64,000 nt of DNA from the human T2T-CHM13v2.0 reference genome, Homo sapiens (GCF_009914755.1 NC_060928.1), one strand, 5' to 3'; shown: positions 1-13,794, counted from the first letter of the stretch. The notes: a model not told the origin generated them from the sequence alone. A program made the numbers and translations.

Positions 1-273
<273 letters not shown>

Positions 274-449
274 TAGGCACCATTTCTTGATCCTCTGTTC
301 ATGGTCCTCAAGACACCAACAGATTAGTGACAGATGCCCTTTGGTTACATGACAGGGCTGGGTATATAAGAAAATTATCTGCAAATGTCAGCCTCTGGTG
401 GCTTTTATTTTATTTCTATCATAAGCAAGAAAGGGGTGAGCCTACTGCT

Positions 450-600
450 TGACTTTGGAGTCACCCCTCAGACTCTCTGGGCCTCAACTTCCTCACTTGT
501 CATAATGACATAATAATGCCTTGTTTACCGCTAGGAGTGTTTTGAGAATTAACTGAAAAGAAGACATGAAAGTATATTTTCTGTAAGTAAAAATATTGTT
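450..600 (+). mobile_element. MIR fragment
   Basis: MIR core-like 'ctctctgggcctcaacttcctcacttgtcataatgacataataatg'; ends approximate. Confidence 0.6.
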
Positions 601-629
601 CACCGTAAGAGGTTATATATGTGTGTATG

Positions 630-2912
630 TGTATTAGTTCACTCTTATACTGCTATAAAGAACTGCCCAAGACTGGGTGATTTATAAAGGAAAGAAGTTT
701 AATTGACTCACAGTTCTGCGTGGCTGGGGAGGCCTCAGGAAACTTATAATCAGGGCAGAAGGCAAAGGAGAAGCCGGCACCTTCTTCACAGGGCAGCAGG
801 ATGGAGTGAGTGCCAGTGGGGAAAATGTCAGATGCTTATAAAACTATCAGATCTTATGAGAACTCAGTATCACCAGAACAGCATGGGGGAAACCACCCTC
901 ATGATTTAATTGCCTCCCACTAGGTCCCTCCCATGACATGTGGGCATTATAGGGATTACAGTTCACGATGCGACTTGAGTGGGGACACAGCCAAACCATA
1001 TCATTCTGCCCCTGGTCCCTCCCAGATCTCATGTCCTCACATTTCAAAGCACAATCATGCCTTCCCAACAGTCCCCCAAAGTCTTAACTTATTCCGGCAT
1101 TAACTCAAAAGTCCAAGTCCAAAGTCTCATCTGCGACAAGGCAAGTCCCTTCCACCTATGAGCCTGTAAAATCAAAAGCAAGTTAATTACTTCCTAGATA
1201 CAATAGGGTACAGGTATTAGGTAAATATACCCATTCCAAATGGGAGAAATTGGCCAAAACAGGGGGGCTACATGCCCCACACAAGTCCAAAATCCAACAG
1301 GGCAGTCATTAAACCTTTAAGTTCCAAAATGATCTCCTTTGACTTCATGCCTCACATCCAGGTCATGATGATGCAAGAGTTGGGCTCCCCAGGCCTTGGG
1401 CAGCTCTGCCTCTGTGGCTTTGCAGGGTACAGCCTCCTTCCCAGCTGTTTTCACAGGCTGGCACTGAGTATCTGTGACTTTTCCAGGTGCATGGTCCAAT
1501 TTGTCAGTGTATCTGCCATTCTGGGGTCTGGAGGACAGTGGCTGTCTTCTTACAGCTCCACTAGGCAGTGCCCCAGTGGGGACTCTGTGTGGGGGCTCTG
1601 CTCCCACATTTCCCTTCTGCATTGCCCTAGCAGAGGTTCTCCATAAGGGCTCTGCCCCTGCAGCAGACTTCTGCTTGGAGATCCAAGTGTTTCTATACAT
1701 CCTCTGAAATCTAGGCAGAGGTTCACAAACCTCAGTTCTTGATTTCTATGCATCCATATGCCCAACACCACATGTAAGCCACCAAGGCTTGGGGCTTGCA
1801 CCCTCTGAAACAACAGCCTGACCTGAACTTTGGCCTTTCTTAGCTACAGCTGGGACACAGGTCACCAGCTTTCAAGACTGCACAAAAAACAAGGCCCTGG
1901 GCCTGGCCCATGAAACTATTTTTCCCCCATAGGCCTCTGGGCCTGTGATGGGAGGGGCTGCTGTGAAGGTCTCTGACATGTCCTGGAGACATTTTCCCCA
2001 TTGTCTTGGTGATCAGCATTTGGCTCCTCATTACTTATGCAAATTTCTACAGCCGCCTTGAATTTCTTCCCCGAAAATGGGTTTTTCTTTTCTGTCACGT
2101 TTTCAGTTTGCACATTTTCCAAACGTTTATGCTCTGCATCCTCTTGAACATTTTGCTGCTTAGAAATTTCTTCTGCCAGATACCCTGAATCATCTCTCTC
2201 AAGTTCAAAGTTCCACAGATCTCTAGGGCAAGGGCAACATGCTGACAGTCTCTTTGCTAAAGCATAGCAAGAGTGACCTTTAATCCAGTTCCCAACAGGC
2301 CTCTCATCTCCATCTGAGACTACATCAGCCTGGACTTAATTGCCCATATCACTATCAGCATTTTGGGCAAAACCAACAAGTCTCTAGGAGTTTCCAACTT
2401 TCCCACATCTTCCTGTCTTCTTCTGAGCCCTCCAATCTGTTGCAACCTCTGCCTGTTGACCAGTTACAAAGTTGCTTCCACATTTTTGGGTGTCCCTATA
2501 GCGGTGCCTTACTGCCTCGGTACCAATGTACTGTATTCATCAGTTCTCACGCTGCTATGAAGAAATATCTGAGACTGGATAATTTATAAAGACAAGAGGT
2601 TTAACTTACTCTCAGTTCTGCATTGCTGGGGAAGCCTCAGGAAACTTACAATCATTGCAGAAGGCAAAGGAGAAGCAGCCACCTTCTTCACAGGGCAGCA
2701 GGATTGAGTGAGTGCCAGTGGGGAAAATGCCAGATGCTTATAAAACCATCAGGTCTTGTGAGAACTCACTCACTCACTATCACGAGAACAGCATAGGGGA
2801 AGTTGCCCCATGATTCAAATACATCCCACTGGGTTCCTCCCATGACACATGGGGATTATGGGGATTATAATTCAAGATGAGATTTGGGTGGGGACACAGC
2901 CAAACCATATCA
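630..2912 (-). mobile_element. Full-length THE1D-like MaLR provirus (LTR 630-1003, internal 1004-2531, LTR 2532-2912)
   Basis: Two direct ~375-381 bp repeats, each 'tgtatt...ggggacacagccaaaccatatca' (reverse complement of the THE1 LTR), flanking a ~1.5 kb THE1/MST internal sequence ending 'ggtaccaatgtac'. Confidence 0.92.
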
Positions 2913-2989
2913 GCTATATCAGATAAATAGGTGTATCTATCACTTATTTATATAGTATCCACCTATTATCATATATACATGCCTATATG

Positions 2990-3156
2990 TGTGATGCATA
3001 GATGATAAATACATAGATGATAGACAAATGATAGATGATATATTAGATAGATGATACATAAATGATAGACTAGATTAACAGATGATAGATATAGATGATA
3101 GATGATTAATAAATAGATGATAGATAAATAGATGATTGATAGGTAGATTGATAGAC
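2990..3156. repeat. Degenerate (TAGA/GATA)n tetranucleotide repeat
   Basis: Repeated 'gatagata', 'tagatgatag' units. Confidence 0.9.
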
Positions 3157-3199
3157 GATGGCCCTTCAAGCTACAAGTTAAAAGGAGAAAGGTCACCAG

Positions 3200-3660
3200 A
3201 TCATTGGTCAGTACTCAGAACTTTGCACACTACAGGGGTCAGGAGTTATTTTGTTATGAAGGAGAAAAACCTAAACTTGCTTAAGCACAAAAGGGAATTG
3301 GCTTTTATAACTAAAACATTTAGTCTGAGGGCTGATGTTGGCCTTGCACTGCCTTCTTTTGCTTTCCCCTGTGTTAGCTTTATTTTCAGAGCCACGAGTC
3401 ACATTGAGCCCTGGCGGGTCCCATTTCTCCTGCCAGCTGAACAGCCCCAGCAGAGGCTGAGGCTTGTGGGCAGTGACAGACCTGGCTCTGGTCACACACC
3501 CATTCCTGACACAGTGGAGGACAGTGCAGGAGGTTTGTCCCATTGAGTCTCATGGACAGGCAATGAGGGAAGGGGCTCTCCAGAGGGAAATTCAGAGCTG
3601 TTTCCAGAAGAAAACAAGTAGAGTCTGTGTGGCCCCAGGACTGGTGCCTGCTGCCCACAT
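3200..3660 (-). mobile_element. Old MLT1 (K/L-like) LTR remnant
   Basis: 'gttagctttattttcag', 'ggtcacacacccattcctga', 'gagggaaattcagagctgtttccagaagaa' resemble antisense old MLT1. Confidence 0.45.
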
Positions 3661-3839
3661 GCCATGTCCTTGTCCAGGAGACTCCATATGAGCCCTGCTC
3701 ATTTCTCAGAGACAGAAAGCAGGGCCCCAAGCAGTTTGCTATCTTGCCTGAACCATGTGATTTGCAATTCAGACTCAGACAGACTCACCATGTCCTAATG
3801 CTTCCAGTTCTTACAGGTGGCTGGCCACTAACATCTCCT

Positions 3840-4035
3840 GGGCACTTGATATGTGTCTTACTGAACTTCTTTAATTCTCCCAACAGCTATTTTCATTTCC
3901 TACCCTTATCCTACCATTTTTGGTCCCATTTTACAGGTGGGACAACTGAGTCATGTCACTAGTAAGTGGAGGAGATGGGACATGAAGCCAGGCTGTCTGG
4001 CTTCATGGTCCACTCTGGTCACCTCTCTATCACAG
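3840..4035 (-). mobile_element. MIR fragment
   Basis: 'cccattttacaggtgggacaactgag...agtaagtggagg...gccaggctgtctggc'. Confidence 0.7.
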
Positions 4036-4675
4036 CTGCTGTGATGGGGCCCTGGCCCCTCCCTGCTTGGTACCACACCCTATCTCTTCCCTGATGGATC
4101 TCTTCCAGCTGTGCTTCTCTTTGGTGGCCTCTCTCTCCCCAACCAGAAGAGGACACAGTGTGGAATTGCCTGTTGGGGTCATAAGGACACCACCGCTTTA
4201 TATTAATGATACATCAGCTTTTCATCGCATTACATGGAGGGTGAATTATTGCAGCCTTGGAAACCCTGACTGTACACCTTCTCGTTATTCTTTTTTGCTG
4301 ACGTGCTCTACAACTGGTAGAGGCAAAGGCCTGCATTGATTAATTTTCATAGCAATTTTTGCCTCTAAAGAACGAATGATTTGTGCTCCTAAGCCTGTGA
4401 TGACCCAAGTGGAGTTGTCAAGTGCAATATTTTCACTTGTTGTATTGCAAAGCTGTTTTACTCTCTTGGGTTTAAGACAACGAAGGCAAAGGAGAGAGGG
4501 AAAGAAAAGCTGCACCCCAGAGAGTGAGGGTGTCCCATGAGTGGGAGCCCTGGTGGGATGGGTGTGGGAGAGGAGGAAAGGTGAGGGGAGAGAAAAGCAG
4601 CATGAGTGTTTCAACACTTTGAGGTCTGACCTCCCAGGTTCTCATCCTAGCTCTGCCTCTAGCTGGCTATGATGC

Positions 4676-4857
4676 TGCTATGGACCAAATTGTGTCCCCC
4701 TGCCTCAAATTCATATGTTGAAACCCTAGCCCCCAGTGTCACTGTATCTGGAGACAGGATCTGTAAGAGGTAATTACAGCTGAATGAAGTCATAACAGTG
4801 AGGCATTAATCTGATAGGACTGTGGTCTTATAAAAAGAAGAGAAAGATGGAGAGTGA

Positions 4858-4905
<48 letters not shown>

Positions 4906-5050
4906 TCTCATTAAGGATGCAGCAAGAAAGTTGCCTCTGCTGGCACCCTGAGTTCAGATATCCAGCTTTTAGAACTGTGAGAAATAAATTTCTATTGCTG
5001 GAGGCCCCCAATCTATGGTTTTATGTATGGTAACCTAAGGTGACTAATAA
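4676..5050 (+). mobile_element. MLT1A/B-like MaLR solo LTR
   Basis: Starts 'tgctatggaccaaattgtgtcccc...attcatatgttgaaaccctag'; contains 'agaactgtgagaaataaatttc'; ends 'gactaata'. Confidence 0.85.
4859..4903. repeat. (AC)22 microsatellite inside the MLT1 LTR
   Basis: Uninterrupted AC run. Confidence 0.97.
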
Positions 5051-5890
5051 AGGTCTCCACTATTACTGCCATTACAGGCATACGTCGGAAATATTGCAGG
5101 TTCAGTATCAGAACACAACAAAGCAAATATCACAATAAAGCAAGAAACACAATTTTTTGGTTTGCAGTGTATATAAAAGTTGTTTACGCCATACTGTAGT
5201 CGATTAAGTGTGCAATAGAATTATGTCTAAAAAACAAGGTACGTACCATAATTTAAAAATACTTTATTGCTAAAAATGCTAATGATTATCTGAGTCTTCA
5301 ACAAGTTTTAATCTTTTTGCTGGTGGAGTGTCTTGCCTTGATGTTGACTGATCAGAGCAGTGATTGCTGTGGCAACTTCCTAAAATAAGACAACAAGAAA
5401 GTGTGCCACAATGATTAACTCTTCCTTTGACGAAAGATTTCTTTGTAGCATGAGATGCTGTTTGATGGCATTTTACCTGTGGTAGAACTTCTTTCAGAAA
5501 TACAGTCAATCCTTTAAAACTCTGCTGCTGATTTCTCAACTGAGTTTATGTGATATTCTAAATCCTTTGTTATTGATTCAGAAATATTCATGGCATCTTC
5601 ATATGGAGCAGCTTCCATCTTCAGAAACTACTTTCTTTGTTCATTCATAAGAATCAACTCCTCACCTGTTCAAGTGTGGTCATGAGATTGCAACAATTCA
5701 GTGATATCTTCCAGCTCTACTTCTAATTCTAGTTCTCTTGCTACTTACACCACATCTGCAGTAACTCCCTCCACTGAAGTCTTGAACCTGTCAAAGTCAC
5801 CCCTGAAGGTTGAGTAAATTTCTTCTAAACTCCTGTTAATGGTGATATTTTGACCGCCCATGAATCACAGATGTTCTTAATGGCATCTAG

Positions 5891-6291
<401 letters not shown>

Positions 6292-6728
6292 CCAAAATGT
6301 ACTTCTTAAATAATAAGATGTGAAGGTCAAGATTACTCCTTGATCCATGGGCTGCAGGATAGATGTTATGTTAGCAGGCATGAAAACAACATTCATGTCT
6401 TGTACATCTCCATTAGAGCTCTTGAGTGACCAGGTGTATTGTCAACAAGCAGTAATATTTTGAAAGGAATCTTGCTTTCTGAGCAGTAGTATTGTTTTCT
6501 CAATAGTGAGCTTAAAATATTTAGAAAACCATTCTGTAATCAGATGTGCTGTCTTCCAGGCTTTGTTGTTCCATTTATAGAATACAAGCAGAATAGATTT
6601 AGCAAAATTCTTAAGGACCCTGGGATTTTTTGAATGGTAAGTGAGCATTGGCTTCAACTTAAAGTCACCGACTGCATTAGCCCCTAGCAAGAGTCGGCCT
6701 GTTTTTTGAAGCTTTAAAACCAGGCATT

Positions 6729-7045
<317 letters not shown>

Positions 7046-7967
7046 AAACCGGCCATTGAATTCTTTCTAGATGTTAAAGTCCTAGATGGCATCTACCTCC
7101 AATACTTGTACGAAGTGAGATGGGGGATGGCCAGTGAGTGGAGCATTCAGAACACACACAACATTTATTAAGTTCGCCTCCTTATTTAAGTGTAAGGCTG
7201 TTTTGTTTAATTGAAAAATCTGTTGTTTGGTGTAGCCACCTTTGTCAATGACCGTAGCAAGATATTCTAAGTAACTTGCTACAGCTTCTCCATCACACTT
7301 TCTGCTTCACTTTGCATTTTTATGTCCTGGAAACAGCTTTTTTCCCCTTTAAACCTCCTGAACCAACCTCTGCTACCTTTCAGCTTTTCTTCTGCAGCTT
7401 CCTCACCTCTTTCAGCCTTCATAAAATTGAAGAGAGTTGGGAACTTGCTCTGGATTAGGCTTTGGCTTAAGGGGATGTTGTGGCGAGTTTGATTTTCTAT
7501 CCAGACCACTCAAACTTTCTCCGTATCAGCAGTTAGGCAGTTTCTCTTCTTTATCATTGTTATGTTCACTGGAGTAGCACTTTTAAGTTCCTTCAGTAAC
7601 TTTTTCTCTGCATTCAGAACTTGGCTAACTGCTCGGCAAAAGAACCCCAGCTTTTAACCTATTTTGGCTTTTCACATGCCTTCCTCACTAAGCTTAATTA
7701 TTTCTGGCTTTTGATTTAAATTGAGAGACACAGGAATCTTCCTTTCACTTGAGCACTCAGAGGCCATTGTAGTGTTATTGCTTGGCCTAATTTCAGTATT
7801 GTTGTGTCTCAGGGAATAGGGAGACCCAAGGGGAGGGAGTGAGGTAGGGGAACAACCAGCGATGGAGCATTCAGAACATGCACAACATTTATTGATTACA
7901 TTTACCTTCTTATATGGGTGCAGCTCATGATGCCCCAAAACAATTGTAGTAGTAATATCAAAGATTA

Positions 7968-8312
<345 letters not shown>

Positions 8313-9179
8313 TTATCAAAATGTGACAGAGACACAAAGTGAGCACATGCTGTTGGAAAACATGGCACCGATGGATGTGCTTGATGCAGGGTTGCCGTGC
8401 ACCTCCACTTTGTGAAATATGCAGGATCTGCTAAGTGCTGTCAAGAGAAGCACAGGAAAATGAGGCGTGCCTGTGTTAGCACTTGTCCTTTGAGGCTGGC
8501 CTCTGGCTGGTTGAGCACCTGAGGTGAGGTTGCTCCCTGTTTCCGTGTGACTACGTGTTCTCTCCTTCTCCTCCAGCATCAGACGTGAGGACACGGCCTT
8601 TTGGAAAATGTGTCTTGCGTTTTTAGCATTAGACTGTTATCCTGATTGAATGTTAATGGGTCAGTAGTTCATTCATGTGTTCGGACTGTATTTTCAAAAT
8701 CCATTTCTACTTACCTAATTGGCTGTATTTACTAGACTCACTGTTAATCTGTTTTGTTTAAAACCGGAGGAGGGAGGCATCTGTCCCTGTCTATTGCCTA
8801 AACAACCGAGAGAATGAATGAACATTCTCAGGATGAGAACAGATGTCAGAAGTTAGTTTAAATGGCTCTCAGGGCAATGTAGGTTTCTAGAATCATTTTT
8901 GAGTTGCAATGGACTGAGTCAGTACACGGATATCTACCTGCCAGTCTAAGCCAAGAAACAATCACTTAAATCAGAGGCTACATTTTAAGTGTTGAGAGCT
9001 TTGATTAAAATAAAACTATATTAAGTATTTGAAGGCAGAGCCGATCTGGCTGAAGTAGTGGAGGGCAGGGAAAGGGACGTGGGGGAGGACAGAGACTGGA
9101 AGGCATCAGGGAAACCTTTGACAAAGCTTCTCAGCCTTATAAACAATTGCTAGATGCTGAGCAGTGTCATTTCCACAGA

Positions 9180-10030
9180 AGCAATTGTCCCTAGCCTGAA
9201 CTGCTGCTATAGGCTCCTAACTACTGTTTCAATGCCCAGCCAGTTACCCATCACCCACGTGCCCTTCACAGGACAGGTCTTATCAAAGCGTAAGTCTGTG
9301 CCTACCACGCCTCTGCATAAAATACCACAATGGCTCCCGAAGCCCTCAGAATGAACGTCTTTCTGTGATCTAGCCTGTAACACTATGTACAGTCTCATCC
9401 CCTGACACCCACCCCTACTACCATCTTGGGCCATTTTTGTTCTCGTCCATACTAACTGGTTTGTGGGTGATCTGTCATACATCCTACTGTTCTCATCTCT
9501 CCAGGCCTCTGCTCAGGCTGTGCCCTCTGCCTGGAACACCGTCTGTTCTTCGGTCACTGCGAGAACTCCTGCTCATCCTCCACAGGAATTCATTCATTAA
9601 GTCGCTATTCACTGGGCTCTTATTGGGTACCAGGCACTGTTCCAATTTCTAAGGGTGCAGTGGTGAAGACAGTCAGTATGGCTCCTGTCCTCTTGGAGTT
9701 CATAGTCCAGGCCTCACCTCCTCCATCAGCCCTCCTCGGGACACCAGCCCCAGACAGTGGTGCTTTCTCGCAGATCCTGTTATGGCATAAAGGCAGCTCT
9801 GTCACGGTTATCTGCTGGGGTGTGTGTTTCCTCCGTGAGCAGTGGGCCGCTTGAGGAAGGGGACCATACCTTATTCATCTCTGTCTCCCTAGCATCTGAC
9901 GTTCAGTAGATTAATTTATGTAGTGCTGTTAAGGGCCCCTGACATGCCAAATGCTGTGCTAGACCCTGGTGGCAGAACTGTGAGGAAGACAGTTCCTCCC
10001 TGTCTTACAGGTGAGAGAAGACAGATGCTA
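9180..10030. mobile_element. Cluster of L2 fragments in both orientations
   Basis: Sense 'ctcaggctgtgccctctgcctggaacac', 'ttattcatctctgtctcccctagca'; antisense 'attcattcattaag...ccaggcactgttc'. Confidence 0.65.
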
Positions 10031-10899
10031 ACCAGCAGTCGCTTATCTCGCTTGCTCTCTTCCCTCCATCTGGGATGGTTATCGTGCTTTGGTGTCCTGG
10101 GTTAACTTAAAAACTATAGAGATTTCAAACACCCACCATGCCCTGGAGGGTTAAGTGATATCCTGGTCCATCCCCAACACACAGAGATGGAGAATGTCCC
10201 TGGGGTTTTCCCAGTTCCAATTAGCGATGTCTTCATCAGTCTCCAGCGCCTCCTCGACACACCCATCCCCATGGTAACACCCATAAATAGAGGGTTAAGA
10301 GGCGAGGCTCTCCTATGTAGAGTCCCTCTCTCATTCTTGACTGTTCCAGCATTTGTAGCACCATGGAAACTTCATCTTATGCTTTAAAGATACCAGGTGT
10401 GTAATGTTTTCTTTGTAAGTGACATGAGTTTGTTATTCTTCAGGGGGCAGGATTGGCAGCTGTGAGTGTGGGTCACAGGATGCACCTGCCCGCACTCCGA
10501 CACTCAGGGGGCCTGTGCTGAGCTGTTCAGAGGGCTGCATGAGGAGCCAGAGGACACGCAGTACAAAAACAGGAATTGGGGAAAACACAGCTGGGCTTGG
10601 GGGATTGGCTGTGGTGTGTCAGGCAGTTCCTGCAGGTGAGTGAGGGAATCCGTCCAGTAGTCAGAGAAGCCATGGGGTTTACCCAGGGTCACGTGGAAGA
10701 GCCAGGATTCTTCCAGACCTGTGGGCTGTGTGTGGGGTACTCCGCTTCTCCCGCACCACAACACAGCACCTTCTTGTGCCCGTTTTCCTGACTGCTCTTC
10801 ATGCTTTCCCAAGGGTCTTCTGAACCAGGACTCTCTTGGTCCATGGGGAATTAGTAAATTTATCCCACACCTATTCAGTAATAGTAGTACCAGTACCAT

Positions 10900-11355
10900 T
10901 TGTCCATCACCTACAGCACATGGCTCTTTGCATATTTTATCTGGATTAATCCTCAGAACCATCGTGCAAGGTGGATGTTACTGTCTCGTTTACAGCTGGA
11001 AAAGCTGAAGACTAGTGGATTAAGTTATTTGTGCAAAATATATAGCCAACAAGAGTCAGTACTGGGATTAAAAGCAATGGTGTGCTGGTAAATGCTTAAC
11101 AACCAGCTCTCCAGGATGGGGTGTGTCGGGGCAGGGTGGCAGGGGCCGGGCGGGGGAGGAGGGGGACAAGCCCTGTTTGCCAATTTCCATGGTGTAAATA
11201 GTTTCTCATAATGGTTGATTTCAAACTAACAATATGGTGTCAGCCAGCCTGCAACATTTCTGAAGATTTAGCATTTGATTATGATGAGCTAGTATAAGCC
11301 GGCTCCCGCACAACTCTGCCAGACTCAGATCTAACACCAAAGCCTATGCTCTTTC
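10900..11355 (-). mobile_element. MIR interrupted by MER63A
   Basis: 'tttacagctggaaaagctgaagact...taagttatttgtgcaaaatatatagc' resumes after 11318 as 'cagatctaacaccaaagcctatgctcttt'. Confidence 0.65.
11075..11318 (-). mobile_element. MER63A-like hAT-Blackjack MITE
   Basis: Termini 'caatggtgtgctggtaaatgcttaacaaccagctctcc' and 'gccggctcccgcacaactctg'; internal 'tttgccaatttccatggtgtaaata'. Confidence 0.75.
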
Positions 11356-12309
11356 TAAAGCCAACTTCTGTGAGTTAGGCCCAAAGCTAAGCCTCAAAAA
11401 TAACAAGATGAGTAAGTGATGGATGCTACTCTGAGGGAGAGGAAGGAAGCATGGTTATTATACTCAACAATGTAGTAGACGTGGAAAATGGCCTTTCCTC
11501 TTCCTAGGTGTGTACCCCTTGAAAGCCTCAGTTTCCTCGTGTAGGGCGCGCCTACAGCTCCCTCCCTTTCATGCTTTGTGAGCTTCAAATTAAAGGAGAC
11601 CCCGTGCATGAAAGCCCTGTGGAAAAGATAATTTGCTGGAGCAGCATACATTATTATTCTTCCTTCTGAGAAAAACCAAAGTGTGAATAATATCCTATAA
11701 ATTTGCTGGAGAGTTCATCACGTGCATGAAATTGCTAGTGGGAGGTGGCGGCTGTGCAGATGGAGGCCACGATGCTCGATGACAGAGCAATTTTATGTGA
11801 AGCTCACATCCCAAAGAGCCGCAGAAATAGCATTCGCATGTAATACATTTTAATGGGAAGTATTCACCTGCTGTAGTGAGCTTAATTAAATTGGAAACTG
11901 TGGTGCCCTTGATCCTCAAGTGTTTGAAAGTCACATGGCAGCTCCCCATGGTTTCCCTGACGTCAGGCGCACATGCCCCTTCTCCGACCCACCTCCCACC
12001 CCTGCTAGGTCTTTGCACTCACTGTTCTCTCTGCCTGGGTGATTTTCTCTGGAAATCTGCAAGGCATACCCCTTCGCTTCCTTCAGATCTCTGTCTACTG
12101 TCAGCTTACATTTCAGGTCTTTCTCGGACCTCTTAAAATTGTAAGCTGCTCCCTACCTTGGCTGTCCCTAACCCACTTCCTGTGTGGCTACACTTTCACC
12201 TGGGAACACAATATACATTTTAATTATCTTGTTTATTTTCTATGCCCCTTTCTCCCCCTACACACAACTAGAAGAAAGATGTCTCTCCATGAGGATGATA
12301 ACTGCCATC

Positions 12310-13425
12310 TTTTTTTTTTTTTTCTAAGAAGACTTTAAGAAAAACTGGTGTAACATGGACACAGGGCAGGGTAACATCACACACCGGGGCCTGTCAGGGG
12401 GTGGGGGGCTGGGGGAGGAATAGCGTTAGGAGAAATACCTAATGTAAATGATTAGCCAATGAGTGCAGCAAACCAACATGGCACATGTATACCTATGTAA
12501 CAAACCTGCACGTTGTGCACGTGTACCCTAGAACTTAAGGTATAATTTAAAAAAAAAAAAGAAAAACAGATGTAAAAGTTCACAGCAAAATTAAGAGGAG
12601 ATTTCCCATGCACCTGCTGCCCCCACCCATGCAGCACTTCCCCCACCACAGTGGTATAATTTTTACCTTTGATGAACCTACGGTGGCACATCACTATCAC
12701 CCAGGATCCATGGTATACATTAGGGTCTGCTCTTGGTGTTATACATTCTGTAGGTGTGGACAAATGTATAATGATGTGTATTCACCACTGTAGTGACATA
12801 CGGAGCAATGTCACTGCTCTAAAACCCTCTGTGATCCACTGATTCATCCCTCGTTCCCCTCCACCCTGGCAACAACTGATCTTTTCAGTGTTTTCAGAGT
12901 TGTGCCTTGTCCAGAATGTCACATAATTGGAATCATACAGTGTGTAGACTTTTCAGATTGGCTTCTTTCACTTAGCAATATGCGTTTTAGTTTTCTGTAT
13001 GTCTTTCATGGCTTGATAGCTCATTTCTTTTTAGTGACAAGTAATATTCCATTATCTGTACATGCTACAGTTTATTTACCTGGTAGCCTACCGAAAGACA
13101 TCTTAGTTGCTTCCAGGTTTTGGCAAGTGTGAATAAACCTGCTTTAAACATCTGTGTGCAAGTTTTTCTGCAGACGTACATTTTCAACTCCTTTGCATAA
13201 ATACTAAGGAAAATGATTGCTGGATTGTATAGTAAGAGTAGGCTTAGTTTGGTAAGACATTGCCAATCTGTTTTCCAAAATGGCTGTGCCATTTTGGATT
13301 CCCACCAGGGAGGAATGAGAGTTCCTGCTGCTCCCTCCACATCCTCGTCAGCACTTGGAGTTGTCAGTGTTTGGATTTTGTTCACTCCAGTAGGCGTGTA
13401 GTGGTATTCCGTTGTTTCAATTTGC
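12310..13425 (-). mobile_element. L1MC-like LINE 3' end (ORF2 tail plus 3'UTR)
   Basis: 'tgatgaacctac...cactatcaccca...tacattaggg', 'tggaatcatacagtgtgtagacttttcagattggcttctttcacttagc'; minus ORF 13065-13427 resembles the L1 ORF2 C-terminus. Confidence 0.88.
12352..12558 (+). mobile_element. Short 5'-truncated L1PA 3' end nested in L1MC
   Basis: 'catggacacagg...catcacacaccggggcctg...aaacctgcacgttgtgcac...' plus poly(A); TSD aagaaaaactggtgt / aagaaaaacagatgt. Confidence 0.93.
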
Positions 13426-13794
13426 ATGTCCTCTGCATTTTTACCACTCTATTCCCAGCATTCAGAACCATGGCTGGCATCTAGTAGTTGCTCAGTAAGT
13501 AGTTGTCGAATGAACCAATTGAAAGAATAAATGTCCTTGTCTTCCCCACAAATCATATGTGGAGAGCGTACATGATCAGCTCACTTGGTTACTCACTCAC
13601 ACCGACCCACACTGAACTGGAAACCAGAATCAGAATAGAACACGTTAGTCCTCTAAACCCAAAAGAAATGCTTTTGCTAGCCTGTACATTGACTAAAAAA
13701 CTGGGATTTTGACCTCCATACCTCTGATTCAGGGTAAGTTTGTGAAGGGAAGGAAAGGAAGTAACCTTGTATATGTTGGTGGGTAATGGTGATG

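Larger units (their letters stand above)
11970..13520 (+). mobile_element. L2 3' region split by an L1MC insertion (parts ~11970-12305 and ~13428-13520)
   Basis: 'ctccatgaggatgataactg' then, after the L1, 'ctctattcccagcattcagaaccatggctggcatctagtagttgctcagtaagtagttgtcgaatgaa'. Confidence 0.65.

Noticed and set aside
1272-2188. Overlapping ORFs in MaLR internal regions (also 25891-26222, 46458-46994)
   Set aside because: Fragments of decayed THE1/MST internal sequence, broken by stops and frameshifts
8550-8592. Acceptor 'ttctctccttctcctccag' followed 8 nt later by GTGAGG (possible microexon)
   Set aside because: Weak donor, non-frame-preserving length and no host gene identifiable
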